Positions 8,859 to 18,211 are shown, counted from the first letter of the stretch. The stretch: DNA of 64,000 nt from Candidatus Microgenomatus sp. (GCA_020724585.1 DYGS01000001.1:559027-623026), one strand, 5' to 3'. Numbers and translations are program-made. Notes: generated by a model from the sequence alone, not told the origin.

Positions 8859-9947
8859 TCATCTATTAAATGAATTTAGGAAATTGGTAATTGAGCCTGC
8901 AGAAATTAAACCTCTTATATCTTTAACAGTGATTGCAAGTATCAAGGCCAGGAGTATAATCATTCCAATAGTATGAATAGCCGCCTCAACTTTAGGTAAA
9001 ACTTTTTTTCCAAAAACCCCTTCAATAAATATAAATAGCAACCTTCCCCCATCAAGTGCGGGGAATGGAATAATATTTAAGATTGCCAAGTTTACTGAGA
9101 TAACCCCAACCAGATTAATAAGCGAAAGTATTCCCGTTTTAGCCGCTTCTGAAGTTACAGCAAAGACCCCAACAGGACCTGAAACATCCTTTGGCGCATC
9201 TCCTTTTGCCAAATCTGTAAAAATAGATGCAAACCCTTTCACAACAGTCCCGCCCCAAAAGAACGCATCCTTAAAACCATAATAAACTCCATAAAATGGC
9301 CTTTGCCAATAAGGAGGATAATAAATTTGAGTCGTAGATATTGAAACACCTAATGGACCCTGTCCTTCGGGTGGTGACATTCTTGGTACGATAGTCACTT
9401 TCCTGTCATCAATTTCCAATGTAATTTTTTTGCCCTTCTTGCTCTCCACCTTTGATATAAATTCAGAAACGCTTTTAACTTCCTCTCCGTCAACTTTTCT
9501 AATAACATCTCCAACCAAAATATTGGCAGTTAAGGCGGGAGAATCAGGCGCAACAGCAACAACTTTAACCTCGTCAGTTTGTCTTGGGATGCCCGAAAAC
9601 GAATAAACAACAGCAAAGGCAAATACCGCCAGCAAAAAATTCATAATAACACCCGCAACTATGACTGCGGTCTTTACTCTCTTGCTTTTATAAAAAAATG
9701 ACCTCTCTTTATTTATAATTTGATCTTCCGTCATCTCACCATGAAGTTTCACAAACCCTCCAAAGGGCAAAAGATTTATAGAATATATTGTTTCACCTAT
9801 CTTCTTACCAAAAATTCTTGGGGGCAAGCCAATCCCAAATTCTTCAACCCAAATACCATTTCTTTTTGCAACCCAAAAATGTCCAAATTCATGGACTAAA
9901 ACCAGAATTGAAAGAACTAAAATAAAAACCAGGATTGACCAAAACAT
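8859..9947 (-). CDS. rseP: RseP-type site-2 zinc metalloprotease (M50) with PDZ domain
   Basis: HEFGH near N-terminus, 4 TM segments, central PDZ, LDGG motif. Confidence 0.85.
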   Translation of the reverse strand: MFWSILVFILVLSILVLVHEFGHFWVAKRNGIWVEEFGIGLPPRIFGKKIGETIYSINLLPFGGFVKLHGEMTEDQIINKERSFFYKSKRVKTAVIVAGVIMNFLLAVFAFAVVYSFSGIPRQTDEVKVVAVAPDSPALTANILVGDVIRKVDGEEVKSVSEFISKVESKKGKKITLEIDDRKVTIVPRMSPPEGQGPLGVSISTTQIYYPPYWQRPFYGVYYGFKDAFFWGGTVVKGFASIFTDLAKGDAPKDVSGPVGVFAVTSEAAKTGILSLINLVGVISVNLAILNIIPFPALDGGRLLFIFIEGVFGKKVLPKVEAAIHTIGMIILLALILAITVKDIRGLISAGSITNFLNSFNR

Positions 9948-9970
9948 ATACTTTAGAGTATATTTAAAAT

Positions 9971-10267
9971 ATGTTAACCAAACAAGATCTAAATGCTATC
10001 GGAAATTTAATTGAATTAAAATTTGAATCGAAATTAGAAGAAAAGTTAGAATCGAAATTAGAAGAAAAGTTAGAATCGAAATTAGAGCTAAAACTTTTAC
10101 CCATTCGAAACGATATTAAAAATCTACAAAAAGATGTAAAAAAGTTGAGAAAAGATTTAACCACAACAATCAATTTTTTTGATAATAATAACCTGAAATT
10201 ACAAAACCAAATAGATCAAACTAGAAAGCATGTTGGGCTTGAAGAAGTGAATTTCGGATATGCTTAA
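9971..10267 (+). CDS. small repeat-containing coiled-coil protein (KLESKLEE repeats)
   Basis: 98-aa ORF spanning a 24-nt tandem DNA repeat. Sits on the opposite strand between two minus-strand genes, so uncertain. Confidence 0.3.
   Translation: MLTKQDLNAIGNLIELKFESKLEEKLESKLEEKLESKLELKLLPIRNDIKNLQKDVKKLRKDLTTTINFFDNNNLKLQNQIDQTRKHVGLEEVNFGYA
10025..10092. repeat. tandem 24-nt repeat (gaatcgaaattagaagaaaagtta) x ~2.8
   Basis: Direct reading of sequence. Confidence 0.8.
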
Positions 10268-10268
10268 T

Positions 10269-10823
10269 TTAAATCTTCATTAAATCCTGCTTCTTTTTTT
10301 CTCCCGCCTCTTCGATTTTTGCAATAAAGCCATCTGTTAATTCCTGTATTTTCTTTTCCTGCTCGGCTCTCTCGTCTTCAGTGATTTCTTTTGCTTCAAA
10401 TTTCTTTTTTATATTATGCATCTCCTCACCTCTAATTTGTCTAATCATCACTCTACCGCTTTCAATTTTTTGAGACAGTATTTTGACATATTTTTCTCTA
10501 TCTTCAGTCGTCAATGGAGGGAATGAAATTCTTAAAACCTCCCCATCTATTGATGGATTCATACCAAGGTTGGCTTCTAAAATTCCCTTTTTAATGTCTC
10601 CAATTATTGATTTGTCCCAAGGAGAAATAACTAAAGTATAAGGATCAGGGGCCGTAATCGAAGCAAGTTCTAAAATGCGCAAGTTTTGAGTCCCGCCATA
10701 TGCAGGACAAACTATATTTTCAACCAAGGAAGGTGCAACACGGCCGGTTCTGACAGAAGCTATATCAGAGACAACAACATCAAGAACTTTTTGAAATTTT
10801 GAAGAAATTGAGTTTATATCCAT
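10269..10823 (-). CDS. frr: ribosome recycling factor
   Basis: Full-length similarity pattern (QKVLDVVVSDIASVRTGRVAPSLVENI...). Confidence 0.9.
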   Translation of the reverse strand: MDINSISSKFQKVLDVVVSDIASVRTGRVAPSLVENIVCPAYGGTQNLRILELASITAPDPYTLVISPWDKSIIGDIKKGILEANLGMNPSIDGEVLRISFPPLTTEDREKYVKILSQKIESGRVMIRQIRGEEMHNIKKKFEAKEITEDERAEQEKKIQELTDGFIAKIEEAGEKKKQDLMKI

Positions 10824-10946
10824 TTCCTTAAATTCGAAATCTAAAATTCGAAACTTGTGACAATATCAAAATAATAATAACACAAAAATTAAAAAATTAA
10901 ATATTTGAATTTGTTTAGGATTTCGAAATTCGTATTTCGTGCTTAT

Positions 10947-11396
10947 TTATTTACCGAGCTCCACGCGAAGTACTCGACCAAGTCTGATATTCTCACCAGT
11001 TTTTGCAATAACCTCTTTAATTAAATCAACTATTTTTTTACTTGGGTCTTTAATAAAATCTTGATCTTCTATTGCCTCTGTTCCCATAGAAGCAACTTGA
11101 AGTGCAATATTCTTCCCCAATTCTTCAAAAAGCTCGTTTCGGGAAACAAAATCTGTTTCACTAAAAAGTTCAACAACAGATGCTACTTTTCCAGTGTGAT
11201 GATTATATGTGAATATTCTCCCCTGTTCTGTTTCTCTTTCCGACCTTTTAGCAACTTTTTCAAAGCCTTCTTTTTTTAAAATTTCTAATGCTTTTTTTTC
11301 GTCTCCACCCACTTCGTCCAACACCTGCTTAACTCTCATGACACCAGCACCTGTTTCTTCTCTTAATTTTTTAATAAGTGTAGCATCAATTTTCAT
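10947..11396 (-). CDS. tsf: elongation factor Ts (short form)
   Basis: N-terminal UBA-like LIKKLREETGAGVMRVKQVL; downstream of rpsB with 4-nt overlap. Confidence 0.8.
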   Translation of the reverse strand: MKIDATLIKKLREETGAGVMRVKQVLDEVGGDEKKALEILKKEGFEKVAKRSERETEQGRIFTYNHHTGKVASVVELFSETDFVSRNELFEELGKNIALQVASMGTEAIEDQDFIKDPSKKIVDLIKEVIAKTGENIRLGRVLRVELGK

Positions 11397-12121
11397 TGTT
11401 TTTTTGTTTTTGACTTAGCATTTAGATTTTTAGCATTTGAATTTTTGCCTTCAAGAATGGCTTGTTTGATATAATCCAAAACCAAATGAAGTGCTTTTGT
11501 AGCATCGTCGTTCATGGGGATTGGATAATCAATTAAAGTCGGATCAGAATTGCTGTCAACGATCCCAATAACAGCCACTCCTTTTCTTCTTGCCTCTCTT
11601 ATTGCCGTTGCTTCTTTTTTAATATCAACAACAATTAAAATGTCGGGAACTTTAGTGAGAGAAACTATGCCTCCAAAAAATCTTTCAAGTCTTTCAATCT
11701 CTCTTTCTATTAAGATTCTCTCTTTTTTTGTATATTTAGCATAAAAACCTGATGCTAATTTCTCTTTAAGATCGGATAATTTATCAATTGATTTTTTAAT
11801 CTGAGAAAAATTTGTGATTGCCCCGCCCAACCATCTTTCGGTAACAGTAGCTATTCCGGTTTCTTTATGTATTTCAAGTGCTTTATCTTTGGCCTGCTTT
11901 TTGCATGCAACCAAAAGTACGGTTTTCCCGTCCTTAACTGATTGTGTTAAAAAATTAAGAGCTTCTTCAATTGCAGCTTTTGTTTTTGGAAGATCAAAAA
12001 TATGCACGCCATCTTGAGCGCCATATATAAAATCTTTAATTTTTGGGTTCCACCTTTTGGATTGATGGCCAAAATGAGCACCGCTTGCCAATAATTCTTC
12101 TAAATCAATATTAACTGCCAT
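11393..12121 (-). CDS. rpsB: 30S ribosomal protein S2
   Basis: LLASGAHFGHQSKRWNPK and full S2 pattern. C-terminal tail carries the in-frame repeat NSNAKNLNAKSK. Confidence 0.9.
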   Translation of the reverse strand: MAVNIDLEELLASGAHFGHQSKRWNPKIKDFIYGAQDGVHIFDLPKTKAAIEEALNFLTQSVKDGKTVLLVACKKQAKDKALEIHKETGIATVTERWLGGAITNFSQIKKSIDKLSDLKEKLASGFYAKYTKKERILIEREIERLERFFGGIVSLTKVPDILIVVDIKKEATAIREARRKGVAVIGIVDSNSDPTLIDYPIPMNDDATKALHLVLDYIKQAILEGKNSNAKNLNAKSKTKKQ

Positions 12122-12219
12122 ATTTGATAATTCTCTCTTGACCTTCCATATACTTAAAGTAAGCTTCAGAGAGTTAAAGTATATGTGATTTGTATGTATT
12201 TTAGACTAGTTTCTAATTT

Positions 12220-13011
12220 CTAGCAACTAGCAACTAAATTTTCAGCCAAACAGGAAATTGTAACTGGTCCAACCCCACCTGGGACAGGGGTAATAAAAGA
12301 TGCTTTATTCTCGCATCTTGGATCAATATCTCCAAATGGACTACCTACATCGATTAAGATAGCATCGTTTTTAACCATATCATCACTAATCAAATTAGCA
12401 ACACCTACTGCTGATATTAAAACCTGACCTTTAAAGGTTACACCCTTAAAGGGTGTTGTTTTGTCATATTGATTTACTACATATCTCATTTTTTGAAGTT
12501 TTTTAACCAGTGGCTTTCCAACCATACCAGAAGCACCAACTACATCAATTTCCTTTACTAACTTCTTTGTTTCAAAAAGTGCAAGCTTTAAAATTTCAAG
12601 GATTGCTTTAACAGTAGGTGGAATAAACTTACTATCTTCCCTCATTCCATCAACATCTTTAGTCAGTGCAATTGAATTTATAATTTGTAATTTGTAATTT
12701 GTAATTTTCGCCGGAAACGGAAGTTGGATCATTATTCCATTTACTGTTTTATCCTCGTTTAAAGATTTAATAAGACTTAAAACTTCACTTTTTTCTACAT
12801 TTTCAGGTAATCGATATATATCAAGTTCTGCTCCTATTTCTTCGATGTATTTTTTCTTCAAATTTACATACAAAATACTAGCAGTATCATTTCCAACTAA
12901 AATAGTTGCCATTTTAGGATACTTTCCTTTTTCTTTTAAGAGTTTTACATCACTAGTAAGTAATGTTTTCTTTTTAAGTGAATACGATCTACCGTCAAAA
13001 ACCACAGCCAT
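12220..13011 (-). CDS. folD: bifunctional methylenetetrahydrofolate dehydrogenase/cyclohydrolase
   Basis: MAVVFDGRSYS start (track ORF extends to 13056), IMIQLPFPAKI, KDVDG, PVPGGVGPVT. Carries the in-frame repeat KITNYKLQIINS. Confidence 0.85.
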   Translation of the reverse strand: MAVVFDGRSYSLKKKTLLTSDVKLLKEKGKYPKMATILVGNDTASILYVNLKKKYIEEIGAELDIYRLPENVEKSEVLSLIKSLNEDKTVNGIMIQLPFPAKITNYKLQIINSIALTKDVDGMREDSKFIPPTVKAILEILKLALFETKKLVKEIDVVGASGMVGKPLVKKLQKMRYVVNQYDKTTPFKGVTFKGQVLISAVGVANLISDDMVKNDAILIDVGSPFGDIDPRCENKASFITPVPGGVGPVTISCLAENLVASC

Positions 13012-13056
13012 ATTAGTGTATAATATCAAAACTCTGCCAAGAAAACTAACATACAT

Positions 13057-14217
13057 ATGTCGGGGGTTGAAACTTTTCGAAAACGGATTATTGAAACTTG
13101 TTTACCTGATCAACTTGAAAGATATCGGATTATACAACGTCAAATTCAAATGGCAACCGCGGCGTTTATGGAACCGAATCCATATGGAAAAAGAGATGCT
13201 ACAAGTGGACTCGGTAGTTGGTTTGTATGGCAATCACATCAACCATCATCGGTTGCAAATAAAATTGATCCGAATGATCCATTTGCTAAAACTGCAATGT
13301 TAATCGGGGCTATCAGTTTGAGAGCGTGGATTTATAAAAGCGACATTGATGGTTGGCACAACATTAGCACTTCAGATGTCTGGAAACGTACTCCACTTCA
13401 TGATTTAGCATCTAAATGTGACGAAATTGTTGCGGAAATTGTACCAGAGACAAAAGGTCGATTTGTTGGTATCAACCTGAAAGAGATGGCGGATAGACAT
13501 AAAGAGGGAATCCATAATAATGCAAATGAACACATAGTCGTTACAGGCCTAAATGCAGTTGGAAAAACAACAGTCTTAAATATTTTTTCAAGTTATTTAG
13601 CCAACTGCAACATCGGAGCAAAAGTTATAAAAATGCCAAGACCTGATGGACCGGTTTCAAAAGTAATTCTTCCAGCGCTAAACGGTGAACTAGGAATAGC
13701 CAAAGACGCACTTCAAATGGTCTTCTTAGCAGATGCACTAGATTTTGAACCTGAACCCGAAACATTAATCGTGTTTGATAGACATCCAATTGCTTCCGAA
13801 GCTTTTGTATATGGACCGGAAGAAATTGCAAGAACAGTGTTATCTACCCAAGAAATCAGAAATCAAATATTTCAAACTTTTATACTTGACCAACACCCTA
13901 TGTCATGCGCAAGGAGGGTTGCGGAAAGATCAACAGCCCCAAGGATTTTTGAAAACGATGTCGAAAAAATGACAGAACAACTAATAAGATTTGCGCGGCT
14001 AACAATGCTACCAGGAACTCACTGGATAAATAACGATATTCCTAATACTGGTGATTACTCTAATTACAAGCCCGAATTAATTGCAGCTGAAAGATTTATT
14101 GGTTCAGTATTTCATAGCGGAGTATTACAACGCAGACTCTTAAAGCAAGGAAGATTTACAAATTATTCAGAGGCATCTTCATTCCTTTATAATAAGGCTC
14201 ACACTTATATGAATTAA
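13057..14217 (+). CDS. thymidylate-kinase-like P-loop nucleotide kinase domain with a ~150-aa N-terminal extension of unknown function
   Basis: Walker A VVTGLNAVGKTT. TMK/dNK-type DRH motif LIVFDRHPIASEAFVYG (cf. TMK LCDRYxDSSLAYQG). ATG start verified. Locally higher GC than neighbours. Confidence 0.6.
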   Translation: MSGVETFRKRIIETCLPDQLERYRIIQRQIQMATAAFMEPNPYGKRDATSGLGSWFVWQSHQPSSVANKIDPNDPFAKTAMLIGAISLRAWIYKSDIDGWHNISTSDVWKRTPLHDLASKCDEIVAEIVPETKGRFVGINLKEMADRHKEGIHNNANEHIVVTGLNAVGKTTVLNIFSSYLANCNIGAKVIKMPRPDGPVSKVILPALNGELGIAKDALQMVFLADALDFEPEPETLIVFDRHPIASEAFVYGPEEIARTVLSTQEIRNQIFQTFILDQHPMSCARRVAERSTAPRIFENDVEKMTEQLIRFARLTMLPGTHWINNDIPNTGDYSNYKPELIAAERFIGSVFHSGVLQRRLLKQGRFTNYSEASSFLYNKAHTYMN

Positions 14218-14244
14218 TATCAAAAAAAACTTGCAGGAAGAAAA

Positions 14245-14331
14245 TTACTTTATTTTGTAAAAAAATTCACGACCAACTACAAACAAAACAGAAATACTTA
14301 CTATTAGTGCCAGTATTGCTAATAAATTCAT
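14245..14331 (-). CDS. small single-TM peptide, 28 aa (MNLLAILALIVSISVLFVVGREFFYKIK)
   Basis: Manual translation; ATGA overlap with preceding peptide; stop TAA at 14247..14245. Confidence 0.25.
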   Translation of the reverse strand: MNLLAILALIVSISVLFVVGREFFYKIK

Positions 14332-14444
14332 TTTCTTTTTTTTATTCTTCTTCCTTTGATAAAGTAGTAAAAAAATCCAAGAGCAAAAAGGCCGCTTACA
14401 ACTACCGCAAAATAATATGTATTTTCAAAAGTCCAGTATTTCAT
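14328..14444 (-). CDS. small single-TM peptide, 38 aa (MKYWTFENTYYFAVVVSGLFALGFFYYFIKGRRIKKRK)
   Basis: Manual translation. TAATG coupling to upstream ORF and ATGA coupling to downstream ORF; basic C-terminus. Confidence 0.3.
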   Translation of the reverse strand: MKYWTFENTYYFAVVVSGLFALGFFYYFIKGRRIKKRK

Positions 14445-14644
14445 TATTCTTCAATCAATAATAACAAAGATAAAGCCAAAAACACAAATGTCATAAAAAT
14501 TCCATACATAAAAAATGATAAGCCAATAAAATTTGAGCTTGAAGACACGAAAAATGGAGATATAACACTAGCTGTGAACCAAGCAACTGCCAACGTGTTA
14601 AAGAATAAGGACAATGAATCTATTTGTTTGGAATTTAATCTCAT
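14444..14644 (-). CDS. small two-TM membrane protein (66 aa from ATG; track ORF starts at TTG 14668)
   Basis: Hydrophobic helices. Stop TAA overlaps the next small ORF's ATG (TAATG). Confidence 0.35.
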   Translation of the reverse strand: MRLNSKQIDSLSLFFNTLAVAWFTASVISPFFVSSSSNFIGLSFFMYGIFMTFVFLALSLLLLIEE

Positions 14645-14686
14645 TACTAAAATTGTATCACTTTTCAAAAACTTGCAAGAAGAAAA

Positions 14687-15595
14687 TTATTCTTGAATCA
14701 ATCCCATTTTCCTTACTTTTTCAACCATCTCTTGAATTTCCCTTTTATTCGTTAATCCTGCATTTTTTGCTCTTTGTTCAATTTCTTCGGAAGAAAAATG
14801 CACATTTCTTGCAAGTAACATGTCTCTAAGTGTAGTAATTTCAAATTCGTTAATTTTAACAGCATTTAATTGATATTCTTCAAATGCTTGCCAGGTAATT
14901 GGAACTGAATCTTTGACAATATTGGCCATCGCCTCTGCATGTACCCTAATTTCATACTGTGCATGTTTGTCCATTCTTAAATTAAGTAAATGAAGAATAT
15001 TATGTAAATCGCACTTCCAATACCATTCCGTATAAACTGCGACAGGTAATGGTAACCGAGCAATCTCTCTTGCCAACCCAGCTCCAATATCTTCATCCAA
15101 AAGCCATAAATATAAATCATGTGAATTTCTGAAATGTGTTCTTAATTTATCTTGCACCTCTTGTGCTAAACTAGGATCTACTTCTGGACCACGTCCCTGC
15201 TTATTATCTGAAGACTGTACAGAAATAACGCCTGCTTCAGGTATATAGAACTCATCTCTTACAACTGAATATCTAGCAGAATATTCATTTAAGCTTGCGG
15301 TTCTATGTCGAACCCATTGCCTTGCTACAAATAACGGCATTTTTTGATGGAACTTGAATTCAACCATTTCGAATGGAGAAGTGTGTTCATGTCTTAATAA
15401 GTATCTAACTAAACCTTTTGTTTCATTAATCTTCCTTGTTTCTTGGCCATACGAAATCCTTGCCGCACGTTCTATATCAACATCGCCACCCATATAATCA
15501 AGCAAATTAACAAAGCCATGGTCTAATACTGGCACCGTGACATCAATCCATTTCTCTGCTCCTTCATTAATTGGTCGTCTTGTTAAATATTCCAT
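14687..15595 (-). CDS. thyX: flavin-dependent thymidylate synthase
   Basis: ThyX signature RHRTASLNEYSARY (RHRxxSxxxxSxRY). Confidence 0.9.
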   Translation of the reverse strand: MEYLTRRPINEGAEKWIDVTVPVLDHGFVNLLDYMGGDVDIERAARISYGQETRKINETKGLVRYLLRHEHTSPFEMVEFKFHQKMPLFVARQWVRHRTASLNEYSARYSVVRDEFYIPEAGVISVQSSDNKQGRGPEVDPSLAQEVQDKLRTHFRNSHDLYLWLLDEDIGAGLAREIARLPLPVAVYTEWYWKCDLHNILHLLNLRMDKHAQYEIRVHAEAMANIVKDSVPITWQAFEEYQLNAVKINEFEITTLRDMLLARNVHFSSEEIEQRAKNAGLTNKREIQEMVEKVRKMGLIQE

Positions 15596-15970
15596 TTATC
15601 TATTATCCCCACTACCATGTAATTTGTCTCTTTGCTTCCTTGATGAAAGTTTTTCAAAATTAATTTTAATTACATCTGAAAACCTCACTTCAAATTCAGT
15701 TGCAAGTTGTGAGATATACCAAACTACGTCGCCAAGCTCTTTTACTATTTCAACTTTTTTCTCGTCTGTTAATTTACCCTTATCATCACGGAACATTTTC
15801 TTAATCTTTTCTGACACCTCGCCAACTTCTCCTTGAAGTCCTATTAAAGGATAAACGAAACTTTTACCTATCTTTGGATAAACTGCAGTACTTTTACAAA
15901 ACTTTTGATATACATCAAAGTCTTTACCACTGAAAATGGCCAAGCTCTGCTTATAATTATTTTTTGACAT
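15596..15970 (-). CDS. MazG-like all-alpha nucleoside triphosphate pyrophosphohydrolase
   Basis: EVGEVSEKIKK ... ELGDVVWYISQLA metal-binding E-x-x-E helices typical of MazG/HisE-like NTP-PPases. Confidence 0.7.
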   Translation of the reverse strand: MSKNNYKQSLAIFSGKDFDVYQKFCKSTAVYPKIGKSFVYPLIGLQGEVGEVSEKIKKMFRDDKGKLTDEKKVEIVKELGDVVWYISQLATEFEVRFSDVIKINFEKLSSRKQRDKLHGSGDNR

Positions 15971-16403
15971 ATTTTTTTAGAAACTTATTTAAAATACTTT
16001 CAATTGTGTTTTCATCATAGAAACTAAACATGAATTTTTTGTAGTCAGTTCCATCTAAAAATGCTGAATATTTTTGTCCCTCTAAACTTTTGTGTCTTAA
16101 CATTAAAATAGGTTTATCCTGACTTTCTGCATATGCATGTTCATAGCCAACTCCGTGTGAATATTGTGAAACTTCAGAAACAATATAGTCAGACTCTCTA
16201 ATCCATCTTTTATCCCTTTTAACGATACCTCTTCTGGTTTTAAGTGTTGAAGAATTTGTATATTTTTTTGCTGTATTTACAGTTGTTGCTTTAGTCATTA
16301 CCCTATGACCATTTTTTTCAACTGCCTTTGCAATTGCATTAATTCCATTTTCAAAATCACGACCACCTGCTATTGATCCACAAAGGTAACATTTCAACTT
16401 CAT
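15957..16403 (-). CDS. DNPH1/Rcl-like 2'-deoxynucleoside 5'-phosphate N-hydrolase or nucleoside 2-deoxyribosyltransferase family protein
   Basis: YLCGSIAGGRDFENG vs Rcl YFCGSIRGGREDR; DYIVSEVSQYSHGVGYEHAYA vs DVVVAEVTQPSLGVGYELGRA. Confidence 0.7.
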   Translation of the reverse strand: MKLKCYLCGSIAGGRDFENGINAIAKAVEKNGHRVMTKATTVNTAKKYTNSSTLKTRRGIVKRDKRWIRESDYIVSEVSQYSHGVGYEHAYAESQDKPILMLRHKSLEGQKYSAFLDGTDYKKFMFSFYDENTIESILNKFLKKYVKK

Positions 16404-16456
16404 TAAAAATCATTTTACCTATTTAATTTTTAAAATCTAGATGGTAAAAATACATA

Positions 16457-17485
16457 ATGATAATTGGTATTACTGGTACATCTGGCGCGGGCAAAGGAAC
16501 TGTAGTTGAGTATTTAACGCAAAAAGGTTTTAAACATTATTCCGTAAGTGACTATTTAAGAGAATATCTTCAAAAGCAGAAAAGAGAGATAAATAGAATA
16601 AATCTTCAAGACGTTGGGAATGAACTTCGTAAAAAACATGGACCTGAGTACGTAGTTAAGAAACTTTATTTAAGAGCAAAAAAAGAAAGTATAAAAAGTA
16701 TAAATAGCATTATTGAGAGCATTAGAAATCCAAAAGAAGCTGAATTTTTAAAACAAAACGGAGCTATTTTAATTGCAGTTGAAGCAAAACTTGAAACAAG
16801 ATATAAAAGAATTAAAAAAAGAGCTTCAGACAAAGATTTTGTAACATTGAGGGAATTCAAAGCCCAAGAACAAAGAGAATTTCAAAATAGTGATAAAAAT
16901 TCTCAAAATATTCCAGAATGTATTAAACTTTCTGATTTTAAAGTGAACAATAACGAAAGTGTAAAAAAACTACAAATTCAAATAGGTAAAATAATAAACA
17001 CAAAAAAAGATAAATATGTTCGCCCTTCTTGGGATGAATATTTCGTTGACATTATGGTTGCCGCCTCAAAACGTGCAACATGCGATAGAGGCAGAGCTTC
17101 ATGTGTGTTTGTTAAAGATAAACAAATATTAGTAACAGGGTATGTTGGTTCCCCTGTTGGTTTTCCACATTGCGATGAAGTAGGACATCTTATGAAAAAG
17201 GTAATTCATGAAGATGGACACATAACTGAACATTGTATGAGGACAGTGCATGCTGAACAAAACGCAATATGCCAAGCTGCAAAACGAGGTGTTAGTCTTG
17301 ACGGTTCAACTTGTTATGTAAACATGACACCCTGTAGAACTTGTGCAATGCTTCTTATCAACTCAGGTATTAAAAGAGTCTATGCAGTAAACAAATATCA
17401 TGCAGGCGCTGAATCTGAAGAAATGTTTAAAAAAGCAAAAGTAAAATTAATTTTTAAAAATACTGAGGTTGTTAAATATAAATAA
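16457..17485 (+). CDS. fusion protein: N-terminal P-loop (deoxy)nucleoside/nucleotide kinase domain + C-terminal dCMP deaminase
   Basis: Walker A IIGITGTSGAGKGT. Deaminase motifs HAEQNAI and PCRTCAMLL (H-A-E...PCxxC zinc ligands). ATG verified. Confidence 0.8.
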   Translation: MIIGITGTSGAGKGTVVEYLTQKGFKHYSVSDYLREYLQKQKREINRINLQDVGNELRKKHGPEYVVKKLYLRAKKESIKSINSIIESIRNPKEAEFLKQNGAILIAVEAKLETRYKRIKKRASDKDFVTLREFKAQEQREFQNSDKNSQNIPECIKLSDFKVNNNESVKKLQIQIGKIINTKKDKYVRPSWDEYFVDIMVAASKRATCDRGRASCVFVKDKQILVTGYVGSPVGFPHCDEVGHLMKKVIHEDGHITEHCMRTVHAEQNAICQAAKRGVSLDGSTCYVNMTPCRTCAMLLINSGIKRVYAVNKYHAGAESEEMFKKAKVKLIFKNTEVVKYK

Positions 17486-17521
17486 TTTTGTTTTTAACAT
17501 TATGATTTGTCAAAATTTTCT

Positions 17522-18211
17522 TTAAAATCCGTTTGTTTGATACTCCATCTCTTTGAAGGTGATGTTTTTATCATCTACTATCTCAAAAATGTCCTTAATC
17601 TCATTAACTGGTTTTTTAAGATAGTCCCAGACTTTGTCTTTTTTAACCCATTTATATTTTCCCTCAGGGTTGTTAGTTAATTTACCTTTAGGGTTTATAA
17701 ACTTGCACGCAAAAAATATTTTATCCTCCAATAAATGATTTTTAAAATCCTTAATTTTATAATGTCTTATCGCAAATAGTTTAGGTAAACCATTTAAACT
17801 TGTCTCCTCTAAAAGTTCGCGTCTTGCTGCATCAAGTATATTTTCTCCTCGCTTTACTTTGCCAGTTGGGAATCCTTGGTAGCCATAGAAAGGTGATTTA
17901 AGTCTAGTATAAAGGAGATAATAATCATCATCTTTTCGTTTATCAATACAGACTATTAATACAGAAACTTTAGCTTGTACTTTTATCCTTTCATCACCAA
18001 TATCCATTCTATTGGCAACTTCTTTTCCAAGTAGTGTTAGCTCATATACTGATCCTGACTTACTTACATAGTTAAGACCAATTAGTTTGTCTAAGTGAAA
18101 CGCAAACTGGCCGCTCTCAATACCCTTTGGTTTAATTTGAGAATACTTAAGGCCACGCGAGTAAAGTAACTTTTGGAGAATGTTAATCTGCAAACTATGT
18201 AGGTCTTTCAT
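17522..18211 (-). CDS. Nudix hydrolase with N-terminal winged-HTH domain
   Basis: Nudix box GKVKRGENILDAARRELLEETSL (Gx5Ex7REUxEExGU). Confidence 0.7.
   Translation of the reverse strand: MKDLHSLQINILQKLLYSRGLKYSQIKPKGIESGQFAFHLDKLIGLNYVSKSGSVYELTLLGKEVANRMDIGDERIKVQAKVSVLIVCIDKRKDDDYYLLYTRLKSPFYGYQGFPTGKVKRGENILDAARRELLEETSLNGLPKLFAIRHYKIKDFKNHLLEDKIFFACKFINPKGKLTNNPEGKYKWVKKDKVWDYLKKPVNEIKDIFEIVDDKNITFKEMEYQTNGF

Noticed and set aside
9964-10173. 69-aa minus-strand ORF (SNFDSNFS repeats)
   Set aside because: Mirror-frame artefact of the 24-nt tandem repeat; the plus-strand frame gives the more protein-like product, itself low confidence.
14307-14696. 129-aa plus-strand ORF
   Set aside because: Low-complexity product. 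The same DNA encodes three minus-strand small TM peptides with stop/start coupling, which are more convincing.
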